Assembly: GCA_947453585.1 (NCBI GenBank)
Contig: CANGHQ010000011.1
Coordinates: forward strand, 1 to 14,164
Direction: 5' to 3'
DNA from: Burkholderiales bacterium
GTDB taxonomy: Bacteria; Pseudomonadota; Gammaproteobacteria; Burkholderiales; Burkholderiaceae_C
Length of the DNA: 14,164 bases
Part shown: piece by piece, positions 1-5,355 of the stretch
Numbering within the stretch: position 1 is the first letter of the stretch
Layout of the letters: every line of letters starts with the position of its first letter
Program-made: the position numbers and the translations under genes
Notes under the pieces: model-generated
The model's database searches: none
What the model saw: only the letters and a program-made list of their open reading frames with translations
Told to the model about the DNA's origin: nothing

Positions 1-1
1 A

Positions 2-226
2 GATTGTTCTCCAATGGAAAATTTGTCTGCGGAATACGTTATTGACAGTGAAATTGGAATTTTTTCAAGTCAAAATTTCGATAAATTGAAAAGTAATGTC
101 TGTTCATCAATTATTTTTAAAACTGATTCAATTTCAGGTGTTGATTTTAGAGAGTCAGGTAAGGTTTATAGGCTTTTCAAAGACTTCTCTGTAGATTCAT
201 TATTTTCTGAACTTAACGTTGATTAA
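2..226 (+). CDS. 3' end of an AT-rich ORF truncated by the window edge; hypothetical protein
   Basis: The frame of the listed 14..226 ORF stays open back to nt 2 (gat tgt tct cca atg). The stop TAA is at 224-226. This is the most AT-rich segment of the window. No recognisable motif. Confidence 0.45.
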   Translation, partial: DCSPMENLSAEYVIDSEIGIFSSQNFDKLKSNVCSSIIFKTDSISGVDFRESGKVYRLFKDFSVDSLFSELNVD

Positions 227-252
227 ATCTACACGTATCATACATTTCATCA

Positions 253-275
253 TTTCATCATTTAAATAGTTGAAG
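253..275 (+). repeat. Copy 1 of an imperfect direct repeat, TTTCATCATTTAAATAGTTGAAG, preceded by a tandem TTTCATCA duplication
   Basis: Matches 867-887 (TTTCATCATTAAGTAGTTGAA) with one indel and one mismatch. Lies 7 nt upstream of the ATG at 282. Confidence 0.75.
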
Positions 276-281
276 TTTTTG

Positions 282-866
282 ATGCCTAAGCTAAACGGAA
301 CGCACATAGTAGAACGCTTGCGTAAGCGCATTGTGGAACTAGAAGCAGGTGAGGAAGTTTCAGCTAAACACATACGAGTGTTGCTAACGGACGAGCAAAA
401 TACGGCATTGGTTGCAGCATGGGCGGAGCAAGAACGGTTGCGCAAAGGTAAGCGCATACGCAATGAAGCGGAACGGCAAGCGTTGGGCATTAAGAGCAAG
501 CGTGAATTGCGCATTGCTGCATTCAAGTCTGCACTAGAACAAGCAGAAGACAACGAGATTGCAGCTTGGGATGTGAAGCTTAGAGCAGCGGAAGTTAGGC
601 AAGCACGGGTGTACTTTGATGCGCTGATTGCTGCAAAGGCGAGCGGGAAGAACGAGCAGGCTGCAGAGACATGGGCGAACAACGAACTAACGCGAGCAGG
701 TTTGCGCCGAATGGACGGACAGACTGTGCGCTATCTTAGTGCGAGAGACAGAGAAGTTTTCGAAATAGAAGATGCACTTAGAGCAAAGATTCGTGCAAAT
801 CTAACGGCTGCAGAACTAGAGCAATTTGCACTGAGTGAGCTGCTCCGCATATCGCAAATCCTATAA
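282..866 (+). CDS. Hypothetical protein, 194 aa, highly charged and predicted all-helical
   Basis: This is the first ATG in the 270..866 ORF; 270 is a TTG. The coding strand is purine-rich and the long ORF has no competing frame except the antisense shadow 200..682. No family recognised. Confidence 0.65.
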   Translation: MPKLNGTHIVERLRKRIVELEAGEEVSAKHIRVLLTDEQNTALVAAWAEQERLRKGKRIRNEAERQALGIKSKRELRIAAFKSALEQAEDNEIAAWDVKLRAAEVRQARVYFDALIAAKASGKNEQAAETWANNELTRAGLRRMDGQTVRYLSARDREVFEIEDALRAKIRANLTAAELEQFALSELLRISQIL

Positions 867-887
867 TTTCATCATTAAGTAGTTGAA
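867..887 (+). repeat. Copy 2 of the direct repeat, TTTCATCATTAAGTAGTTGAA
   Basis: Starts on the nucleotide after the stop codon of the 282..866 ORF. Same orientation as copy 1. Confidence 0.75.
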
Positions 888-954
888 TGCTTTTTTCAAA
901 ATTTGCAGATGATTTACGCTAGCTATGATGCAATGATATAAAAATGATACGGTA

Positions 955-1257
955 ATGACAGCCATACTAGCAACATTGTTTATATCACTTGAGCTGTTTG
1001 TTGTTGGATTTGCTTTCGTCTGCGTAATAACAGATGGTGGTTGGTGGGTGTTGGGTTTAATTTCGTATGCGGTTTGGTTGCTTTATTTGGGCGGAATTTC
1101 TAAAGCGTTGCTAAATCTTGGAACAGGTCTCGCCCTAGCTATTGCTTATTTACTTGGTGGATTTTTGGCGTCTTTACTTATGTATGGTTCGCTATTGCTA
1201 TTTGGTGAAATTTTTATGAAGCCAAAGAAAGACACTGATGATGAACAGGATGTGTGA
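955..1257 (+). CDS. Small integral membrane protein, 100 aa, about 3 predicted TM helices with an acidic C-terminal tail
   Basis: Three long hydrophobic stretches (ILATLFISLELFVVGFAFVCVI, WWVLGLISYAVWLLYLGGI, LALAIAYLLGGFLASLLMYGSLLLFG) are followed by KPKKDTDDEQDV. Confidence 0.6.
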   Translation: MTAILATLFISLELFVVGFAFVCVITDGGWWVLGLISYAVWLLYLGGISKALLNLGTGLALAIAYLLGGFLASLLMYGSLLLFGEIFMKPKKDTDDEQDV

Positions 1258-1361
1258 TGAGATTTTATAACGACAGTATTGGATTGTTGTTATTTTTCTT
1301 TGCATCAATAACAGGCATAGTGCTGATGGTGAAAAATGCAAAGCGTTATACGCAGTTGTAA
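1257..1361 (+). CDS. Possible 34-aa single-TM peptide (MRFYNDSIGLLLFFFASITGIVLMVKNAKRYTQL)
   Basis: Its ATG overlaps the upstream stop (TGATG at 1255-1259). It has a hydrophobic core and a basic C-terminus. It is too short for the ORF track. Its stop TAA at 1359-1361 abuts the recombinase stop codon at 1362-1364. Confidence 0.3.
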   Translation: MRFYNDSIGLLLFFFASITGIVLMVKNAKRYTQL

Positions 1362-1931
1362 TTAAACCAACTCCACCGCGCGTCGCTTCATATCGTCATT
1401 CACGCTGATGTAGCGTTGCGTTGTAGCAATGCTCTTGTGTCCAGCCAAACTTGCCAGCACAAACACACTAACACCTTGTGACGCGAGACTTGTTAGAAAA
1501 GTTTTTCTGCCGCTGTGGCTGCTGGCTCGAATGCCCGCCGCCTTGTACATCCAAAAGAAGTGCTGCGCCATTGTGTTGGCACTAAACCCGCAGCGTTGTC
1601 CCCGTGCTGTGTAAAAGAACGGTTGCGTGTCTGTGTACCAATTGCGAGTGGCAATGTAAGTGGCAAGTTCTGCCTGTAAGCGTGTGCTGATGTAAACCGT
1701 TCTGGCGTGTCCGTGCTTGACGCGGTGACTTGCCAGATAAATCTCACTGCGTACGCTGCCGTCTGCGTTGCGCACGTCACCAATTGTCAGTGCTGCTGCT
1801 TCGCTGACACGCAAGCCGGCCAGCACTGTGGCAAGCAACATACAGCGATTACGCACTGCGTGTTCCCGCGTCGCTGTGTAAGCAAGTGCTGTTTCAAGTT
1901 CTGATGCTGTGAGTGATTTGGCTGCTGTCAT
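1362..1931 (-). CDS. Small tyrosine recombinase, catalytic domain only, FimB/FimE-like size (189 aa)
   Basis: The catalytic residues are readable: Arg in AGLRVSE (R41), Lys in HRVKHGHARTVYI, HxxR in SSHSGRKTF, and His plus Tyr in LAGHKSIATTQRYISV. Only about 35 aa precede the catalytic domain, so there is no room for a separate core-binding or arm-binding domain. Confidence 0.9.
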   Translation of the reverse strand: MTAAKSLTASELETALAYTATREHAVRNRCMLLATVLAGLRVSEAAALTIGDVRNADGSVRSEIYLASHRVKHGHARTVYISTRLQAELATYIATRNWYTDTQPFFYTARGQRCGFSANTMAQHFFWMYKAAGIRASSHSGRKTFLTSLASQGVSVFVLASLAGHKSIATTQRYISVNDDMKRRAVELV

Positions 1932-2012
1932 TTCGAGTTATCCAATTAAGTTGTGTGCGTACAGTGTGCTTTCTTTGATGCGGTGAGAGCAACCGAAACC
2001 CGCCAAACTGTC

Positions 2013-2048
2013 GGTGTATTGCTGATTTGTTAGAAATCAATGACTTAG
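2013..2048 (+). repeat. Copy 1 of the composite direct repeat GGTGTATTG...TGACTTAG, here split by a 19-nt insert containing a small hairpin (TGATTT-GTTAG-AAATCA, 2023-2039)
   Basis: The 9-mer at 2013-2021 and the 8-mer at 2041-2048 recur in the same order at 2528-2536 and 2540-2547. Upstream flanks also show loose similarity, with CCGAA about 20 nt upstream in both copies. Confidence 0.65.
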
Positions 2049-2455
2049 CGCTTGTTCCAAGCACTTTGTGTATTCTCTTTGGTTGTGTATTTACCTGCGC
2101 TGCTGGCAGCGGGTGTGGCGTTGTGGACACAGACGTGCTGCTGCTGCGTACAGAGCCCTACAAGCGCAAAACAGGCCGTTCTGCTGCTCGTGTACTGCTG
2201 CTCTGCTAACGCCGCGTATTTGCGCCCTGTAGCAGCGAGCAGCGCTAGCGCTGTTTGCTGGATATAAAAAGCGTGAGCGCAATTCTCCATTTTTACACAG
2301 CAGATTTTTGCTGCGCAGTTTTTTGCGTCATCGGAAAATATCTGGTATGGGTGTTTGCATCTAAGTCGGTATGCATCTGTGTTTCTGACTGCGTGGTGCT
2401 GTGTGATGTACTTGAGAAGCAAACTGCGTTTGCTTGTGTTTCGCTTGTCGCTCAC
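2045..2455 (-). CDS. Questionable hypothetical ORF (136 aa, GTG start)
   Basis: This is the longest ORF on the A/C-rich strand of a strand-skewed region. T is depleted on that strand, which inflates ORF length by chance. No SD and no recognisable motif. Confidence 0.3.
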   Translation of the reverse strand: MSDKRNTSKRSLLLKYITQHHAVRNTDAYRLRCKHPYQIFSDDAKNCAAKICCVKMENCAHAFYIQQTALALLAATGRKYAALAEQQYTSSRTACFALVGLCTQQQHVCVHNATPAASSAGKYTTKENTQSAWNKR

Positions 2456-2527
2456 ACCACTTGCTTCGCGCTTGATGTGTTTGATGTTGCACTATGGAAG
2501 AAAGCCGAACACAACGAAGTTGTGTGA

Positions 2528-2547
2528 GGTGTATTGGGTTGACTTAG
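2528..2547 (+). repeat. Copy 2 of the composite direct repeat: GGTGTATTG-GGT-TGACTTAG
   Basis: See 2013..2048. Together the two copies bracket the 2045..2455 ORF. Confidence 0.65.
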
Positions 2548-2862
2548 ATTAGGGTGGACGCACGACGGCTATACGCTGTTAAAGAACAAACGTATTGCCG
2601 CCGTGTCGCGCAGTTTGACTTGAGTTGAGGTCGTTTCTGCACGCCTGTAACAGAGTTGGAGTTAGACGGATGAATTGGAACTAACAACACACACCAGCAG
2701 TGCAGGTGCGTGTAACTCTGCGGCTTCCACTTGTAGTCTGTGCGCCGTTACAGCAACGCACAGCAAGTCCAGTCTCATTAGCCGTCATATTACAAACTGG
2801 GTTTTACACTTTGGTAGAGCAGTTGTTTATCTGCTGTTCTTATGCCTATGTGTCGCCTGTGC

Positions 2863-3192
2863 TTATGCCGTAATGCTCTGCCTGTTCAATTTGCGGTGTT
2901 GCCTGAATAGTTGCCTGTTGATGTTGGTGTTTATGTTCATTACATACTTACAGAACGCTGCGCTCACACGCTGGCAGGCACGCTTGGTGGTGGTGGCTTG
3001 CTGAAACGCGGTGAGTGACTGGAGTTGGCTGTTGGTAAGCAGTGCACGGTGTTGCGTGAGCAGCGTGTGCGTCATTGCCTGTGCTCGTGTCACTTCCAAT
3101 GCGTTGCTTGCAAACGTCTGTCCGTTCAGTCCGTTCTCGCGTAACCAGTCTGCAGTCAGTGCGTCGTCCTTGTAGTTCTTGTACTTGTTCAT
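2863..3192 (-). CDS. Hypothetical protein, 109 aa from the first ATG (MNKYKNYKDDALTADWLRENG...)
   Basis: This is the first ATG of the 2863..3342 ORF; the listed start at 3342 is TTG and sits inside AT-rich intergenic DNA. The N-terminal two thirds look protein-like. The C-terminal third is low complexity (NINTNINRQLFRQHRKLNRQ). Confidence 0.4.
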   Translation of the reverse strand: MNKYKNYKDDALTADWLRENGLNGQTFASNALEVTRAQAMTHTLLTQHRALLTNSQLQSLTAFQQATTTKRACQRVSAAFCKYVMNINTNINRQLFRQHRKLNRQSITA

Positions 3193-3357
3193 ACATTTAT
3201 TTAGCACTACCAAATAAAAAAACTGCAAAAACTGATTGTTATTTGGTTGATTACAGAAATTTTGTAGAAATGAAAGATTTCTGCCAAATTCCGGTTGTCC
3301 AAGCCGTAACTCTGAAACTACATTGTGTTCATTGCTCAACAACGAAAGGAAAATGCA
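3193..3357. promoter_or_regulatory. AT-rich divergent intergenic region with operator-like repeats
   Basis: There is a perfect 9-bp inverted repeat, ACCAAATAA (3209-3217) / TTATTTGGT (3239-3247). AGAAAT occurs directly repeated at 3255-3260 and 3266-3271, with an inverted ATTTCT at 3277-3282. The region lies between the divergent ORFs 2863..3192 (-) and 3358..3795 (+). Confidence 0.45.
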
Positions 3358-3795
3358 ATGACAACACTCAGCACTTTGAAACTATCAGCAGCACAAAAAA
3401 CTACACACGTTCCGCAAGTACAGCAGCGGCGCATTAAGCTGGTGCAACGCTTGTGGGAACAGACAGAACTTGCGAAAGCGCACTTGGCAGGCGGCAACTA
3501 CGCGGCAAAGAAGATGCGCACGATTACGGACGCTGACGGTGTGCGCAAGCAAATTGAAGTGGGCAAGCGTGTCAAAGCCTGGTGGTTCACAGCAGACAAC
3601 GGCAAGTTGGCGCTGTGTGTGCGCTACGGCACTAAGGTGCTGGAGTTGGCTAAGGGCAAGTACGCGGTGGAAGTGGCTGCGGAGAAGGACTTGGTGGCAA
3701 CTTTGGATGTGATTAAGGCGGCTGTACTGGCTGGTGAATTGGACACTGCAATTGACGCTGCTGCTAACAAGTTGAAGGCAGGCTTTAGCAAATGA
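3358..3795 (+). CDS. Conserved-looking hypothetical protein, 145 aa (MTTLSTLKLSAAQKTTHVPQVQQRRIKLVQRLWEQ...)
   Basis: The ATG at 3358 is preceded by AAAGGAAAA, the only decent SD in the element. The composition is clean and protein-like. From memory it resembles hypothetical proteins of proteobacterial integrative elements, but this was not verified. Confidence 0.8.
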   Translation: MTTLSTLKLSAAQKTTHVPQVQQRRIKLVQRLWEQTELAKAHLAGGNYAAKKMRTITDADGVRKQIEVGKRVKAWWFTADNGKLALCVRYGTKVLELAKGKYAVEVAAEKDLVATLDVIKAAVLAGELDTAIDAAANKLKAGFSK

Positions 3796-3941
3796 ACAAG
3801 TACTTGGTTTGGGTGCGCATCAATGCGCTACAGACTGCCAACACTTTTGTCTATGCAGAGAACGCTTGGGCGGCAAAGCAGTTGGCAGAGGCGCAATACG
3901 GTGCGGGTACGGTGTTGAACTACACCCAAATGGACAGCTGA
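3792..3941 (+). CDS. Small hypothetical protein, 49 aa (MNKYLVWVRINALQTANTFVYAENAWAAKQLAEAQYGAGTVLNYTQMDS)
   Basis: An ATGA start/stop overlap with the upstream gene (3792-3795) suggests translational coupling. Below the ORF-track length cutoff. Confidence 0.5.
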   Translation: MNKYLVWVRINALQTANTFVYAENAWAAKQLAEAQYGAGTVLNYTQMDS

Positions 3942-3959
3942 ACAGGTGGTTTATTGAAA

Positions 3960-4005
3960 AGCACGGTTTTTGTCATGTTGCCTTTGTACGTACATGAACC
4001 GTGCT
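3960..4005 (+). promoter_or_regulatory. Nested inverted repeat / hairpin between two small ORFs
   Basis: The outer arms are a perfect 9-bp pair, AGCACGGTT (3960-3968) / AACCGTGCT (3997-4005). Inside are TCATG/CATGA and a perfect 10-bp palindrome, TGTACGTACA (3985-3994). No T-run follows, so it is not a classical terminator. Confidence 0.5.
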
Positions 4006-4018
4006 GTTGCGTAAATAC

Positions 4019-4216
4019 ATGATGCGCATCACAGAAATTACCACCATCAAGTCCAAACCGCCAATGACGCTAGCACAGGCGCGGGTGGTAGGACTTAGGC
4101 GAAATGTGGAACAAGACAAGCTGCGATTGCAGCAAGAACGGGACAGGCAGCGCCAGCAACGCAGCGCAGAGCAACTCAGCAAGCAGCGCCAGCGTGTGAG
4201 TCAAGCAGCGGAGTAG
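4019..4216 (+). CDS. Small basic coiled-coil-like hypothetical protein, 65 aa (MMRITEITTIKSKPP...QQERDRQRQQRSAEQLSKQRQR...)
   Basis: Starts at the first ATG (4019; a second ATG is at 4022) of the 4001..4216 ORF. Arg/Gln-rich helical repeat. No SD. Confidence 0.5.
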   Translation: MMRITEITTIKSKPPMTLAQARVVGLRRNVEQDKLRLQQERDRQRQQRSAEQLSKQRQRVSQAAE

Positions 4217-4452
4217 TCACGCTACCTGCGCTGACGCGGGCTGTAATGGTTTGGAAAAGGTACGGAAACGGCACGGAAGTGGGGGAGATGTGGCAGAAAA
4301 CGTAGTCATTTACAAAAGGATGGTAACACGGACGAGAGGCATAGCTCAAATGGTGGAACGGAGCATTGGGAGGGTAGCGCGGGGCTGTATTTCTGTGCTT
4401 TTGAATGGTGTAATAATGACTCAAGCACCCGTAGTCGTTTTGAACCTTTGTT

Positions 4453-4494
4453 CGTTGCACAAAGCGTTGCACACGGTTTTTAAGCAGGTGCAAC
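4453..4494 (+). repeat. CGTTGCACA direct repeat (4453-4461, 4465-4473) plus an inverted GTGCAAC (4488-4494)
   Basis: Read directly from the sequence. Two copies sit 12 nt apart and a third is inverted, about 70-110 nt from the tRNA-like remnant, in an ORF-poor stretch. Confidence 0.55.
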
Positions 4495-4559
4495 CCGTTG
4501 ATTTATATAGGTTTTTTAATGGGTCAGGTCTTCTTAAAATCCGCCGCTTCGTGAATAAC

Positions 4560-4592
4560 GGGCGTACCGGTTCGATTCCGGTCTCGGCACCA
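4560..4592 (+). other. tRNA 3'-end-like remnant (T-arm + acceptor strand + CCA); putative att site / island junction
   Basis: The sequence is GGGCGTACCGG-TTCGATT-CCGGT-CTCGGC-ACCA. It has a 5-bp T-stem (ACCGG/CCGGT), a canonical T-loop (TTCGATT) and an ending ...CTCGGCACCA like tRNA-Leu genes. No complementary 5' acceptor strand (GCCGAG) or D/anticodon arms occur in the preceding 300 nt. There are only 11 nt, not 12, between the T-loop and ACCA. So this is a fragment and not a functional gene. Confidence 0.6.
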
Positions 4593-4670
4593 ACCAACCT
4601 CAGCATTGGACGCAACGCCCACCTTGTAGGTTCCAATCCAAGCTGAATTCACCCGCCCTATCAGTTGCCC

Positions 4671-5303
4671 ATGCCACGCTACAACACACCTTTTGAGATT
4701 CACGTTCACGGCCAACTCGCATTGCGCTCGGACGTTGGCTTTGATGCAATACAAGACGCACTGAAACCACTTTGGAAGTACGCGGGCGCCCGCAATCTGG
4801 CCGATGCCGCAGCAAGCGCCTATGAGGACGAGCCGGGAATCACGTTTGAGTCTGACGAGCACTTGCTGCAAATGTGCTGGACGGTAGCTGGCGACGACGA
4901 TTTCCGCCAGGTACTCGACGAAGTGTGCATGAACCTCAACGAGGTCGCCGCCTTGGGCGCAGCGATTGAAGTCACGTTTTACGACACTGATTTTGACGAT
5001 GAAGACGAGCAGGCGCCTGAGGGTGAATCGCGCGATGACTTTGTCATGCTGTTCGTGGGCCCGAACCCGGCTGCGATCATGCAGGTGCAGCGCGACTTGC
5101 TGGTGCAAGACGTGGTCAGCATGATGGAGCGCCACTTTGACGGCGCAGAACTCGGTGGTGTGGTGGCGGAAGTGGACAAGCTGTTTGCGCAGCGCTTTGA
5201 CGCCTTGGTGAGCTCACTAGAAATAGGAAAGCCACCGCGCGGACCGGGCGGTGGCTTTGGCAGTGGCCATGGCGGCGGGCGCAAACCGCGCCACCTGCAC
5301 TAA
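4671..5303 (+). CDS. Hypothetical acidic protein with a Gly-rich basic C-terminal tail, 210 aa
   Basis: Starts at the ATG at 4671; the listed 4665 is TTG. G+C is core-like with strong GC3. The protein has an acidic block (YDTDFDDEDEQAPEGESRDD) and a tail GKPPRGPGGGFGSGHGGGRKPRHLH. The antisense 4524..5135 ORF is a shadow. Confidence 0.7.
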   Translation: MPRYNTPFEIHVHGQLALRSDVGFDAIQDALKPLWKYAGARNLADAAASAYEDEPGITFESDEHLLQMCWTVAGDDDFRQVLDEVCMNLNEVAALGAAIEVTFYDTDFDDEDEQAPEGESRDDFVMLFVGPNPAAIMQVQRDLLVQDVVSMMERHFDGAELGGVVAEVDKLFAQRFDALVSSLEIGKPPRGPGGGFGSGHGGGRKPRHLH

Positions 5304-5316
5304 ATTCAAGCCGGAC

Positions 5317-5345
5317 GGCTGCAGCGCCTTGCGTACGCTGCAGCC
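5317..5345. terminator. Putative bidirectional hairpin between convergent genes
   Basis: A perfect 10-bp GC-rich stem, GGCTGCAGCG (5317-5326) / CGCTGCAGCC (5336-5345), encloses a 9-nt loop. It is flanked by short T-containing tracts on both strands. It lies between the stops at 5303 (+) and 5356 (-). Confidence 0.5.
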
Positions 5346-5355
5346 CGGCCTTGGT

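Larger units (their letters stand above)
1..4592. mobile_element. Right-hand portion of an integrated genomic island / prophage-like element (left end outside window)
   Basis: Composition shifts sharply. Hand counts give about 27% G+C at nt 1-120, 48% at 2401-2460 and 57% at 3421-3480, versus 62% at 5401-5460. The region carries orphan ORFs, a tyrosine recombinase and a tRNA 3'-end-like remnant at 4560-4592. Typical core genes start directly to the right. Confidence 0.7.

Noticed and set aside
200-682. 160-aa minus-strand ORF.
   Set aside because: It is antisense to the better 282..866 ORF. The translation is Ser/Ala/Cys/Leu-rich and begins in the AT-rich spacer.
1608-2242. Near-matches to the SOS box inside the element: CTGT-N8-ACGG at about 1608, CTGT-N8-ACAT at about 1827, and CTGT-N8-GCAG at about 2227.
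   Set aside because: Each has a mismatch in the conserved half-site. They lie inside ORFs rather than promoters, and this frequency is expected by chance.
253-2547. Integron-like cassette array: repeat-bracketed ORFs near a tyrosine recombinase.
   Set aside because: The recombinase is far smaller than IntI and lacks room for its extra domain. The two repeat sets are unrelated to each other and are not imperfect palindromes like attC. ORF orientations are mixed.
2675-3004. 109-aa plus-strand Cys/Leu-rich ORF, and the other plus-strand ORFs in 2027-2552.
   Set aside because: They lie on the T+G-rich strand, which looks non-coding across the element. Their composition (C, L, V, F) reflects the skew and not protein-like sequence.
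4381-4592. Possible tmRNA (ssrA): GGGGCTG at 4381 resembles the E. coli ssrA 5' end, and a T-arm plus CCA lies at 4560-4592.
   Set aside because: The 3' acceptor strand CTCGGC(A) cannot pair with GGGGCTG and there is no G3-U70 alanine identity pair. There is also no TTCGACG box after the 5' end and no plausible tag reading frame ending in ALAA.
4333-4592. Intact tRNA split by an intron: GACGAGA + GCTCAAATGG at about 4333-4353 as the 5' half, with the 3' half at 4560-4592.
   Set aside because: The acceptor pairing has a mismatch. Six rather than two nucleotides separate the acceptor from the putative D-stem, and the D-loop would be 13 nt. No anticodon arm can be drawn, and the 190-nt insert shows no group I core I can recognise.
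4251-4646. 131-aa plus-strand ORF.
   Set aside because: It reads straight through the tRNA-like remnant and the compositional boundary. There is no SD and the sequence is implausible.
4524-5135. 203-aa minus-strand ORF crossing the island junction.
   Set aside because: It is a shadow of the 4671..5303 gene, and it runs through the tRNA-like remnant.
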